From Pseudomonadota bacterium (lineage in GTDB: Bacteria; Pseudomonadota; Alphaproteobacteria; RF32; CAG-239), in assembly GCA_918234285.1 (NCBI GenBank), contig CAKJXZ020000003.1:32001-96000 (forward strand): 64,000 nucleotides of DNA, read 5' to 3'. The translations under genes and the position numbers were made by a program. The notes below the pieces were generated by a model. That model ran no database searches. It saw nothing but the letters and a program-made list of their open reading frames with translations, and was not told the DNA's origin. Of this stretch, positions 39,632-48,923 are shown piece after piece; the first letter of the stretch is position 1, and the number at the start of each line of letters is the position of its first letter.

Positions 39632-39783
39632 TTGATTATATAACAATCTCCTTTGTTATAAAAGCCTCTCCTCGCGGGGAGGTTTTTTTATAGCGAATCG
39701 GCAAATAAAAAAACATCCGGCTTTTTTGCGCGAGGGCACCGGATGTTTTTTAAAGTAAGTCAAAGAATTTTCATTGCCGTCGC

Positions 39784-40047
39784 TCAGGCAACAACTATCT
39801 CTTTCTGAATCGCGCGGACGGCAGGCATCAGCTTGCGGTCGGCGAAAATAATCGAATCACAGGCGGCGATAAACTCTGCCTTGAAGGATTCACGTTTCTC
39901 GACCTCACGGGCGAGATACTGTTTTTTGAGTTCAACTTTATTGTTAGAAGACAATAAGTCTCTCACGGCCTGCTGTAAACCATAGGCCTTCAACTCCTTT
40001 CTGTACTTAGAGCAGAAAGAATGGTCTAAAATTTGTTTTTCTTCCAT
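39784..40047 (-). CDS. Small hypothetical protein (87 aa)
   Basis: ORF from MEEKQIL, followed by hairpin at 39706-39751; weak RBS. Confidence 0.45.
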   Translation of the reverse strand: MEEKQILDHSFCSKYRKELKAYGLQQAVRDLLSSNNKVELKKQYLAREVEKRESFKAEFIAACDSIIFADRKLMPAVRAIQKEIVVA

Positions 40048-40222
40048 AAATAAATTTTTTGATATATATATTTGGTTTGATAAAAATAATCTGAATAATA
40101 AAATTGACAAAAGACAATATAACAGTATCCATAACAAATTGCAAGCCCTTAATTTAAAAAAATTACAAATAGTGATTGACAATGCCGTTTTTTTATGTAA
40201 TTTTCTGTTTTGAAAAGCCGAT

Positions 40223-40299
40223 GCGCTCTTAGCTCAGCAGGATAGAGCAACAGCCTTCTAAGCTGTGGGTCGGGCGTTCGAATCGCCCAGAGCGCGCCA
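40223..40299 (+). tRNA. tRNA-Arg(TCT)
   Basis: Cloverleaf GCGCTCT...AGAGCGC-GCCA, anticodon loop CT-TCT-AA, GTTCGAATC. Confidence 0.96.
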
Positions 40300-40343
40300 T
40301 ATACCCAAAAAGACCACCCTCGAGGTGGTCTTTTTGGGTATAT
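40300..40343 (+). terminator. Long hairpin/terminator after tRNA-Arg
   Basis: TATACCCAAAAAGACCACC..GGTGGTCTTTTTGGGTATA. Confidence 0.85.
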
Positions 40344-40347
40344 GAAG

Positions 40348-40629
40348 TCGCTCTGGTGGGAAGAGAACGCCCTCGTTCGGGGCCGTGTCGGCCGCCCGCA
40401 GCGGGGGCGGACGGTGTAGGCCGTCGTGAGCGTAAGCGAAGGACAATCGCCCGGAGCACGCCGTTTAGGTATTTTTTTATAATCTCGCTCTGGTGAGAAG
40501 AGAACGCTCTCGTTCGGAGCCGTGTCGTCCGACCGCAGCGGGGGCGGACGGTGTAGGCTGTCGTGAGCGTAAGCGAAGGACTATCGCCCAGAGCGCTCTG
40601 CTTTTTTACCACCCTTGAGGTGGTTTTTT
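40348..40629 (+). repeat. tRNA-linked direct repeats (2 units, 137-bp period)
   Basis: Units start TCGCTCTGG at 40348 and 40485; each ends in ATCGCCC(G/A)GAGC, a copy of the tRNA-Arg 3' end; terminator core re-occurs at ~40608-40629. Confidence 0.9.
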
Positions 40630-40665
40630 CTTTACAAACTTTTACAAATATCATACATTTCAACC

Positions 40666-41676
40666 ATGAAACTATACAAACAAGACATTATCCGCCTCTT
40701 AAGCGACGAACAAAATCAAGAAGATTTGTTCCGAAAGGCTGATGCGGTTCGCAAACAATACGTCGGCGACGAAGTACACTTGCGCGGACTTATCGAATTC
40801 TCCAACATTTGCCGCAACAACTGTATGTATTGCGGGATTCGCCGCGACAATTCGCAACTTGCCCGCTATCGCATGAGCGAAGACGAACTGATTGAAACCG
40901 CACGCAAGGCGGCCGATATGGGCTTTAAGACCATCGTAATGCAATCGGGCGAAGATGTATGGTTTTCGCGCGACCGTATGTGTCGCATTGTCGAGGCCAT
41001 CAAAAAATTTAATGTTGCCATCACGCTTTCGGTCGGCGAACGCGATTATGACGACTACAAAGCCTGGTTTGATGCCGGCGCCGACCGCTATTTGATGCGC
41101 ATTGAAACCACCGACAAAGACTTATATCATCGGCTCGACCCGGGGATGAGCTGGCAACACCGCCACGATTGTCTGCTGGCTATAAAAGAAATCGGCTACG
41201 AACTCGGCTCGGGAATTATGGTCGGTTTGCCGGAGCAATCCGTGGAATCCATCGCCGAAGATTTGCTTTATCTTAAAAAAATCGGAGTTGATATGGCCGG
41301 TATCGGTCCGTTTATTCCGCACCCGCAAACTCCGCTCAAAGACGCCGCCGGCGGCACTCTCGATTTGGCTCGTCGCACTATGGCAATTATGCGCTTAATC
41401 ATGCCGGATATCAACATTCCGGCCACCACCGCCATGGAGAGCCTGCACCCGATGGGGCGTATTTGGACTTTGCAAAGCGGCGCCAACGTGGTTATGCCGA
41501 ATGTGACCGAAGGCGAATATCGCAAGCTTTACGAACTGTATCCGGGCAAAATCTGTGTGGACGACACCCCGCTCCACTGCAAAACCTGTATCGGTGCCAA
41601 AATCATGAGTATCGGTCGTACCATCGGCCAAGGTTACGGCGGACATGCCGGAAAATTGCCGCACCCGACAAAATAA
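40666..41676 (+). CDS. hydE: [FeFe]-hydrogenase maturase HydE (radical SAM)
   Basis: RGLIEFSNICRNNCMYC, GIGPFIPHPQTP, GANVVMPN, YELYPGK. Confidence 0.92.
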   Translation: MKLYKQDIIRLLSDEQNQEDLFRKADAVRKQYVGDEVHLRGLIEFSNICRNNCMYCGIRRDNSQLARYRMSEDELIETARKAADMGFKTIVMQSGEDVWFSRDRMCRIVEAIKKFNVAITLSVGERDYDDYKAWFDAGADRYLMRIETTDKDLYHRLDPGMSWQHRHDCLLAIKEIGYELGSGIMVGLPEQSVESIAEDLLYLKKIGVDMAGIGPFIPHPQTPLKDAAGGTLDLARRTMAIMRLIMPDINIPATTAMESLHPMGRIWTLQSGANVVMPNVTEGEYRKLYELYPGKICVDDTPLHCKTCIGAKIMSIGRTIGQGYGGHAGKLPHPTK

Positions 41677-41685
41677 AAGCTCAGC

Positions 41686-42150
41686 TTAATTCACATCGCC
41701 CAAAACAACGGTTTCTTTAATCTTTTCAAGGTGTTGTAAATACGGAATTATTGCTTTCGGATAAAAATCGGAAGTCGCCAGTTTATCGAGCTCTATCCAT
41801 TTTATTTTCTGCTCGTCGCTGTCCGGCTCGCTGCCGTTGCCGAGCGTTGAAAAATCGGCAACTTCGCATTCAAACATCAGCTCGGACAAATGAAAGCAAT
41901 CCAAATCATACGGCTGGTCATGATTCTTGGCAATATAGTCCCGCGCCAACACCAAACGCCGCGGCTTAACTTCCAGATTAAGTTCTTCTTTGCACTCGCG
42001 AATGATGGTTTCCTCCATGGTTTCGCCCCATTCCTGCCCTCCGCCCGGCAATTTGCAATAGCGCCCGCGCCCGTAATCGACACTCACCGTCAACAACTTA
42101 TTGTCTTTTATGATGACGGCCTTGACCGAATGCTTAAAAAACTTTTCCAT
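41686..42150 (-). CDS. NUDIX hydrolase
   Basis: LPGGGQEWGETMEETIIRECKEELN Nudix box. Confidence 0.92.
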   Translation of the reverse strand: MEKFFKHSVKAVIIKDNKLLTVSVDYGRGRYCKLPGGGQEWGETMEETIIRECKEELNLEVKPRRLVLARDYIAKNHDQPYDLDCFHLSELMFECEVADFSTLGNGSEPDSDEQKIKWIELDKLATSDFYPKAIIPYLQHLEKIKETVVLGDVN

Positions 42151-42287
42151 AACTTATTCCCTCAAACGACAATATGTTGCAGTATATCAGCCATCCGCCG
42201 CTTGTAAACACAAAAGTGAGCCGCTTGCCTTCAAAAATATTTGATTTTGGCGGCAAATCATGGCATAATCAGGTCAAAGGAGCGATT

Positions 42288-43292
42288 ATGACGGATTTTG
42301 CAAACAATAAAATCAAACAACGCAAAGTGTATAAATACATTTTGAGCAACCTGTTTTATTTGGCGATTGCTTCCGCCGCCGGCGATGCGCGAGCACAAAC
42401 CGCTACCGCTTCCGACAGCATTCCGCAAAATAAAAACAAAACCGGTTTGAGTGCCGGAGTTGATAATATTTCGGCCTTAACCGTCGAAAAAGATGCCACC
42501 GTTTTTTATAACAATCTTCAGCCGTATGTCGAGGCTCATGCCGAAAATTTCCACGGATACTATGCCGATTTTGCCGCATTGGTGGAAATTACCTTGCATA
42601 ATGACGATCCGGTCACTTCGGTACTCAGCAAATTTACGGCCGAACTCGGCAAAAAATTAAATAACGGCGGCGAATTATTTGTAAAAGTCGGTCGTGAAGA
42701 AACTCAAGACGCCGATGTTTCCGAACATGCCATCGACTATATGGCCGAAAACGATATTGAAGATTTCGGCAACAGTGTTGAGCGTTTGGTTTTCGGTTTC
42801 AAAGATAAAAACGGCAATTACCTCGAAGCCGGTACCGTCTGGGATACCGGCACCGGCAAATACATCATCTGCCCCGACAAAGATACCGCCGATTTTTGGG
42901 GACGCGGCCACTTGTCAATCTTGAACAAAAGTAATGTCGGCATCTCCGTAGAAGCTGCTACCCGTCTAGGCGCACACCATCGCCTCGGTATCGCCGCTGC
43001 CACCCTTGAAACAGCCGGCGGATTTGGTCTCAAAACTCTGTTTGAGCGCGACTTTACCAACAACGAAAATAAAGAGCTGGTGCGGATTTATAAAAACCTG
43101 AAAAACGGCACCGCTGTCATCGGTGAATTGGTGCATGCCGGCGAAGGTCGCGGAGTTGATTTGCGTTTGGGACTGGGTAAAAAAGGTATGCAGATTTATG
43201 CGCAATACAACACGGAAAATAAAGCCCCTAGTGCCGGACTTTCATATACTTTCGGCCTCAAAAAAGACCTTCGTGGCAAAAAGTTGCGTTAA
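42288..43292 (+). CDS. Hypothetical protein, possible outer-membrane beta-barrel
   Basis: AAGGAG RBS; signal-like ARA-Q; alternating beta-strand pattern; SAGLSYTF near the C-terminus. Confidence 0.55.
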   Translation: MTDFANNKIKQRKVYKYILSNLFYLAIASAAGDARAQTATASDSIPQNKNKTGLSAGVDNISALTVEKDATVFYNNLQPYVEAHAENFHGYYADFAALVEITLHNDDPVTSVLSKFTAELGKKLNNGGELFVKVGREETQDADVSEHAIDYMAENDIEDFGNSVERLVFGFKDKNGNYLEAGTVWDTGTGKYIICPDKDTADFWGRGHLSILNKSNVGISVEAATRLGAHHRLGIAAATLETAGGFGLKTLFERDFTNNENKELVRIYKNLKNGTAVIGELVHAGEGRGVDLRLGLGKKGMQIYAQYNTENKAPSAGLSYTFGLKKDLRGKKLR

Positions 43293-43364
43293 CCGCATCC
43301 CCGTTATTTTGTTTTAATCGCCGGTTACGGACAAGCAATCGCCACAGATATTTTTATCAAGCAA

Positions 43365-43883
43365 CTAAATACACTTCGGGCAATCTTTTACCGACCCCGT
43401 GCATTTTTTGAACAACTTGTTGCAACAATCGGCGCTCCACACCGGATATTCCTCCAGCTGATACTTACCGCAATAACCCTTTGCTCTGATAACAACACAA
43501 TCGTTTTCGGTTGCATCCTTGCAGCATTTTTTTACCGGCGAATACGGATATGCCGCATATTCGCCCTCTCCGCAATAATGAGCGACGCCGCCTCCGCTCC
43601 GGCAACTATTTTCCGTTTCGTCCGTGCAACAATAATCAGTTGTAGTCGTCGTTGCCGAATGCGGATAGTCTTTCCAATCTCCCTTGCCGCAATCTTCGAT
43701 TTTATCGCTGATAATAACGCAATCGCCTTTATCGGCTTCTTTACAACATTTTTTCGTCACCGCAAAACCGACGGGACACGGCCGGCAATTCGGATCAATG
43801 CAAGCCTCCGCCCGTGACACGTACAAAAATCCCGCACCAATAAGCAACACTGCCGTCAACAATCTTTTTTTCATCACAACCAT
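43365..43883 (-). CDS. Secreted cysteine-rich repeat protein
   Basis: Signal peptide ending AEA; 20 Cys in the mature part; three CC-x7-C...CG...YP repeats. Confidence 0.7.
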   Translation of the reverse strand: MVVMKKRLLTAVLLIGAGFLYVSRAEACIDPNCRPCPVGFAVTKKCCKEADKGDCVIISDKIEDCGKGDWKDYPHSATTTTTDYCCTDETENSCRSGGGVAHYCGEGEYAAYPYSPVKKCCKDATENDCVVIRAKGYCGKYQLEEYPVWSADCCNKLFKKCTGSVKDCPKCI

Positions 43884-44183
43884 CCTTCGCTAAATCAAGA
43901 ACTACCGTTCCAAATCATTTTTCGTCGCATTCTTTGTAACTTACGGTGTAGTATCGGATTTATTTCTCGGCATATTACTTCTCCCTTATTGCAACACGTA
44001 AACAATATACCGCAATCGGCAAAAACTGTCAATACGCTAACTTTCGAGCAAATCTTTAAGCTCAGTCATCGCGCAAAAAATATGTTTAACTCCGTCAAAA
44101 TCCCATATTATCAATTCTATTGTCATACCGACTGCTTTTGTTTGATTTTATTGAAACGGGTGTAATATATTCAGGCGCTCCAT

Positions 44184-44681
44184 TTATATAACGGGGATAA
44201 ACAGCTTTACGTTGCCGACAAAACCATCACATTCTTCGGTATTGCCAAACCCCATCCGGCAACTCACGTATATCTTATCTTTGATTTTATGCAGCGGTTG
44301 CAACTCTAGGTGCCCGTAAAACAAATTATTATTAATCTGCTTTTTGAATTTAATTTTTTCAAACTCCAAAATATACACCCGACGACGATGTTCATTAAAT
44401 TCATCGGGCGTTATGTCGGCATAAAACGGAAACATCTTTTTTTCTATACCGGCCAAAAGTGCGACATATATCATCTGATTAAAGCACATCAACGCTTCAA
44501 CCGCATTAAAATGTCCGGAACCCGGAGACAGATAGCACGATTCTTTTATGGAAAACTGCGCCGTTAAGTTTACAATGTCAGCCGTATTATAAACCTGTGC
44601 CTGTGTTATATAACGCGTGTTTTTCGCAATATAGGTAACCAAGGCTTTATTGATTATTTCTTCCGCTACGTTTTTTTCCAT
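44184..44681 (-). CDS. FcoT/ScoD-like thioesterase-fold protein
   Basis: FSIKESCY...GHFNAVEALMCFNQMIY resembles the FcoT (Rv0098) motif F-x-I-x-ES-x-Y...GHFNAVE..CFNQ..Y. Confidence 0.78.
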   Translation of the reverse strand: MEKNVAEEIINKALVTYIAKNTRYITQAQVYNTADIVNLTAQFSIKESCYLSPGSGHFNAVEALMCFNQMIYVALLAGIEKKMFPFYADITPDEFNEHRRRVYILEFEKIKFKKQINNNLFYGHLELQPLHKIKDKIYVSCRMGFGNTEECDGFVGNVKLFIPVI

Positions 44682-44700
44682 CAGTCAAATCCCTTTAAAT

Positions 44701-44830
44701 TTATCTGAGCAACTCGACATCGCCGAATTTATCATGAGGAGAAAACGCATCACGATTATTCTTCGCGTTTCCGTCTTCATCGAGCCCGACGACAAACCCG
44801 TCTTCTTCGCCCTGTTTGATAATTGCCACG
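44701..44830 (-). pseudogene. Start-less fragment duplicating the 3' end of the 46895..48073 gene
   Basis: Translates AIIKQGEEDGFVVGLDEDGNAKNNRDAFSPHDKFGDVELLR* versus AIIRKGEEDGFVVGLDEDGNAKNNRDTFSPHDKFGDVELLM*. Confidence 0.85.
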
Positions 44831-44846
44831 ACATTTTTATTTTCGC

Positions 44847-46736
44847 TTATTTGTTTTTAGGCCGGTGAAATTCCAAAATCAGCATTGTAATGTCATCAGA
44901 TTGCGGGGCTTTTTTCACAAAGTTTTTAATATTTTTATACTCATAAATCAAGGTATCATCCAACGACATTTCTTTTTGGTTTAACGTACTTTTCAGGCGC
45001 TCCTCGCCAAACATCCGAAAATCTTTATCTTGAGCTTCGGTCACACCGTCGGTATATAAAAACAGGCGATCCTTATCATGCAACACAAACGTTCTGCTTT
45101 TATATTTATAACCCGGTGCGGCACCTAATATCAAATTACTATTCATATCAATATATTCATAACCGCTCTTTGTTTTATGCAAAGGCGGACAGTGCCCGGC
45201 ATTGATATATTGAACCTCACCGCTTTCCAAATCCAAAACCCCGACAAAAGCCGTCACAAACATTCCGGATTGGTTATCACAAAGCGTATCGTTGGCTTTG
45301 TTTATGGCCTCTTCTATCGGATAGCCGGCTTGCAACATATTTTTAATGGCGGTTTTGGCCGACATCATATACAAGGCGGCAGTGATTCCTTTTCCCGATA
45401 CATCCGCCACCACAAAAGCCTGATGTTTATCATCAATCGAGAAGAAATCATAGAAGTCCCCGCCAACCTCTCGCGCCGGTGTCATAGAAGCCGCCAACTC
45501 AAAATGCTCACCGCGCGGAAAATCCGTAGGCAAAGTAGAGGTCTGAATACTCTTGGCAATAGCCAGTTCCGATTCAATTCTTTCTTTTTCTCTGGAGATT
45601 TGCGCCAACTTGGTCAGATGCGTCTTGATATCGGTTTTCATCTTATTAAATGCTTCCGCCAACTGCGCCAATTCGGAAGGTTTATCCAATTTAATGCTTT
45701 CATCCAAATCGCCCCGACTGATTTTCTGAGCAATTTGCGTTAATTTTGAAATCGGCTCGTTGATATTGCGTCGTAAAACCCAAAACAGAATCCCGACAAT
45801 CAAAAGTGTACTGACCAGCAAAACACTCAGCAAAACGCTCAAATGGTGCACTGCCGTATGAAACAACTCAAACAACGGAACATTAACAATCAAAAACAGA
45901 CCGTTTTTCAGTTGCTTAATATAAGGAACATATTTCACTCCCTTATATTTAAACACCTTTCCCTCTTTTAATGTCGCAGAATACCATTGCAACGTATCCA
46001 AAGATTTACCCATAATTGACGAGTTATCAATGTTCGGCTCGGTTGTTGCCATAATATAATCGCTGGCCTTGTCGGCAAACAACACAAAACTGTTAGCTGT
46101 CGGTCTGATTTCCGTAATAGATTTCAGAATCGTATCCAAATCCCAATCCACCGTTGCCATCCCGATTAAATTTTCTTTATCGTAGATGCCGGCACCGACA
46201 GTTGCCATCAAATTTCCGAGTTGGCTGCTTTTATACGGTTTTGTCCAAGAAATCTGTTGTCCGTTCCGCAAATCTGCCAAAATTTTACTGTACCAATCTT
46301 GTTCAAAATATTTAAAAGTGCCTTTTTCACACGAAGCCAGCAAATCAATCGTGCCGTCTGTTTCGCGAAAGGCATGAATGCACCCTTCTTTTTGATTTTC
46401 ATATATTTTATAAGGCTTAAAATAAATACCGTTACCCATGGAATTCGGATAATTCCGCAAAATTTGTTTGGTTGAAAACTCGCCAATCTCGGCTTGTTTG
46501 CCGTTATGATAATAGATTTCGCCCATCAGCGCCAAATCCAGCGCATTTTTTTCCAACGCGGTAATCTCGGTATTAATCTGTCTTTCAAAGGTGGCAATGG
46601 AAGCGTTATTGGCCTCAATAATCAACTCTTTGTCGTTATAAAAAGCAATAACCGCGGCGCTGGTTACAATAATCCCCAAGGCGCACAACAAAGAAAAAGT
46701 TAAAACAATAATTTTTGAATTGATACTTTTCAGCAT
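44847..46736 (-). CDS. Cache-HAMP-PP2C (SpoIIE/RsbU-like) sensor phosphatase
   Basis: Two TM helices, periplasmic Cache-like region, HAMP, VGGDFYD, ADVSGKG, NAGH, LYTDG, DDIT. Confidence 0.93.
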   Translation of the reverse strand: MLKSINSKIIVLTFSLLCALGIIVTSAAVIAFYNDKELIIEANNASIATFERQINTEITALEKNALDLALMGEIYYHNGKQAEIGEFSTKQILRNYPNSMGNGIYFKPYKIYENQKEGCIHAFRETDGTIDLLASCEKGTFKYFEQDWYSKILADLRNGQQISWTKPYKSSQLGNLMATVGAGIYDKENLIGMATVDWDLDTILKSITEIRPTANSFVLFADKASDYIMATTEPNIDNSSIMGKSLDTLQWYSATLKEGKVFKYKGVKYVPYIKQLKNGLFLIVNVPLFELFHTAVHHLSVLLSVLLVSTLLIVGILFWVLRRNINEPISKLTQIAQKISRGDLDESIKLDKPSELAQLAEAFNKMKTDIKTHLTKLAQISREKERIESELAIAKSIQTSTLPTDFPRGEHFELAASMTPAREVGGDFYDFFSIDDKHQAFVVADVSGKGITAALYMMSAKTAIKNMLQAGYPIEEAINKANDTLCDNQSGMFVTAFVGVLDLESGEVQYINAGHCPPLHKTKSGYEYIDMNSNLILGAAPGYKYKSRTFVLHDKDRLFLYTDGVTEAQDKDFRMFGEERLKSTLNQKEMSLDDTLIYEYKNIKNFVKKAPQSDDITMLILEFHRPKNK

Positions 46737-46894
46737 ATTTTTCTTCTTTTAAACGGTATTGATTAAATCTCTAAATCTTCGCAATGTTAACAACGATTAC
46801 GCTAATTGTCAATAAAGTTTATCTTATGCAAAGCCGCCGTATTATTTGCCGAACGCTTTGTTGATTATTCCTTCGCCGCGTTTTTCCGTTAATT

Positions 46895-48073
46895 TTACAT
46901 CAGCAACTCGACATCGCCGAATTTATCATGAGGGGAAAATGTGTCGCGATTATTTTTCGCGTTGCCGTCTTCATCAAGCCCGACGACAAACCCGTCTTCT
47001 TCGCCCTTCCGGATAATTGCCGCGCCGATAATGTTGCCGTGCTTATCGTAGGCTAGGTTTTCCGAGCCGCACTTAAAGCCGAGCGTTCTGCCGTCATCCA
47101 AAACGATATGATTTCCGTCTTCCGTATATTCGCCCAACGTTTTGCCGCGGAAATTTTTAAGCGTGCCGCCGCTTATATAGGCAACATAATTTCGCACATC
47201 GCATACCATCTGCACCTTTTCGCCGACAAAACCGATAACTTTATCCCGCAAACCCCTGACGCTTTTATCCTTATCGACATACCCGATAACCCCGTATTCT
47301 TTATGATATACCGTGTAACTGCTGACATTGCCGTTTTCGTCGGTTTTCCGGACCGTTTGCTCGATTATTTCTCCGTCTGCGGAATCATATTCTTTAAACT
47401 CTTTTCCATCATAAACAAAACTTCGCTCATAAACTTTATCATAATCCGTATCAATATCCACACACGGACAGACGATTTCAACCCAGGCATCCTCCGGCTC
47501 CTGCTCTGACGAACTCACGATATCCGTCACACCGGCCGCCAACTTATTGCCGATTTTTTCTATTGCGCCGAGGCACCCGAGAAAGACCGCCAAAGCCAAA
47601 AATGCCGTCCACAGATACATGTATGTCGGTTGCTTGCTCCCCTTCGGCAATTCGACTCCGTCATTTCGCCCCAAAAAGAAAATCATCGAGCCGCATAATA
47701 TGTGCGTAACCAAAGTGTATGCGCCGTAGATTGTCGTTTTCAATATGAGAAACATACTGTCGGAAACCAACGCCGAAGCAATCATAATTATAATATACAA
47801 TGGGATGAATAACCAAAATAGGCGCAAGAAAAAGGATTTACCGTGTCTGGTCAAAGCATAAATCAAAACATACATCGGGAAAAACAGCAAAATCGTCAAA
47901 AGAAAAGCAAAAAATCCGGCAAGCGAAATACCTTTTGCGCTTATTTCGGAAACCGACAGCGCCGCCGCCGGCAACATCAATATCAGCAAAATAACCGCCG
48001 TCAGCGGATATGTTTTACAACTTACCGCAATATTTTTTAAGGCAAAACATTTGCCCTCATTTTGAGTGTTCAT
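46895..48073 (-). CDS. Hypothetical membrane protein with soluble C-terminal beta-repeat region
   Basis: About five N-terminal TM helices, then VIGYV/VIGFV/IIG short repeats. Confidence 0.65.
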   Translation of the reverse strand: MNTQNEGKCFALKNIAVSCKTYPLTAVILLILMLPAAALSVSEISAKGISLAGFFAFLLTILLFFPMYVLIYALTRHGKSFFLRLFWLFIPLYIIIMIASALVSDSMFLILKTTIYGAYTLVTHILCGSMIFFLGRNDGVELPKGSKQPTYMYLWTAFLALAVFLGCLGAIEKIGNKLAAGVTDIVSSSEQEPEDAWVEIVCPCVDIDTDYDKVYERSFVYDGKEFKEYDSADGEIIEQTVRKTDENGNVSSYTVYHKEYGVIGYVDKDKSVRGLRDKVIGFVGEKVQMVCDVRNYVAYISGGTLKNFRGKTLGEYTEDGNHIVLDDGRTLGFKCGSENLAYDKHGNIIGAAIIRKGEEDGFVVGLDEDGNAKNNRDTFSPHDKFGDVELLM

Positions 48074-48294
48074 CACCGCTCCCCGTTCAATCCGGCAGCA
48101 CCAACTCCGCGCCGCTTTGTAAGACATATTAAAAACAATAATTTAATAAAGCAAGCAGATTTTCGGATTGCCGCAACCGCAAAACAGCAAATTAATCGTA
48201 ATAAAATCATTTGCGCCACGTTTAATATATGCTATAATATGAGTGTAAGGCCCAAGCAACGCCGCTCGGCAATAAAATCGGAAAGGAAAAAACA

Positions 48295-48426
48295 ATGTGG
48301 TATGTGGAATTAAACGGCAAAATCATCCCGGAACCTTATCAATATTACAGCGATTGTCTTGATGAGTGCATCAGATTAAGTCACGAAATGTGCGCGGTTA
48401 CGACCAGACCGGTATACATCGGCTGA
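48295..48426 (+). CDS. Putative 43-aa small protein (below ORF-track cutoff)
   Basis: MWYVELNGKIIPEPYQYYSDCLDECIRLSHEMCAVTTRPVYIG; GAAAGGA RBS; TGCTATAAT extended -10 at ~48230. Confidence 0.5.
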   Translation: MWYVELNGKIIPEPYQYYSDCLDECIRLSHEMCAVTTRPVYIG

Positions 48427-48699
48427 TAATGCGGTCGAAATATATCACCGTAAAAGCTGAGGACCGGATTGGCTACGCTGCCCTTGCGCTCATCGCCTTT
48501 AGCAATTGCGGTAATCTTGTGTGCCTTATCCGCCTCACTATCTTGCTAAAATTTACTTTATTCATTTTAAAACAGCAAATTTTAGCTTCGGTCACTCGGT
48601 TGCGATTTGTTCGTTGCGCGTTGCTTACGCCAGCTGTCTCACAAGCAACCTTCGCCTGTCGTTAAAAATATCTCCGCCGGAGATATTTTTTACCTCCAG

Positions 48700-48923
48700 C
48701 AGCTTTCCGCTGGTCCGAACCGGCACAACACCAATACACCAAACCCCGCCAATGTGGCGGGGGACTGGACTGGATTGCCTACGGCGCCCCTGCACTCATC
48801 GCCTGACGGCGACCGCGATACTTCCGTCTCGCTTTCGCTGGTGGTCGGACCAGCTTTCCGCTGGTCCGAACCGACACAACACCAATATACCAAACCCCGC
48901 CAATGTGGCGGGGTTTGGTGTAT
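48700..48923 (-). repeat. tRNA-Pro-linked direct repeats (151-bp period)
   Basis: CAGCTTTCCGCTGGTCCGAACCG...CCCCGCCAATGTGGCGGGG at 48700 and 48851; GACTGGATT tRNA 3'-end remnant at ~48768. Confidence 0.88.

Noticed and set aside
40229-40663. ORFs overlapping tRNA-Arg and its repeats (also 48521..49035 over tRNA-Pro)
   Set aside because: They overlap tRNA genes and GC-rich hairpins and show no coding signals
43900-43990. RBS plus ATG (MPEK*) upstream of the Cys-rich gene as leader peptide or pseudogene
   Set aside because: Only four codons before a stop, and no recognisable homology in the following sequence
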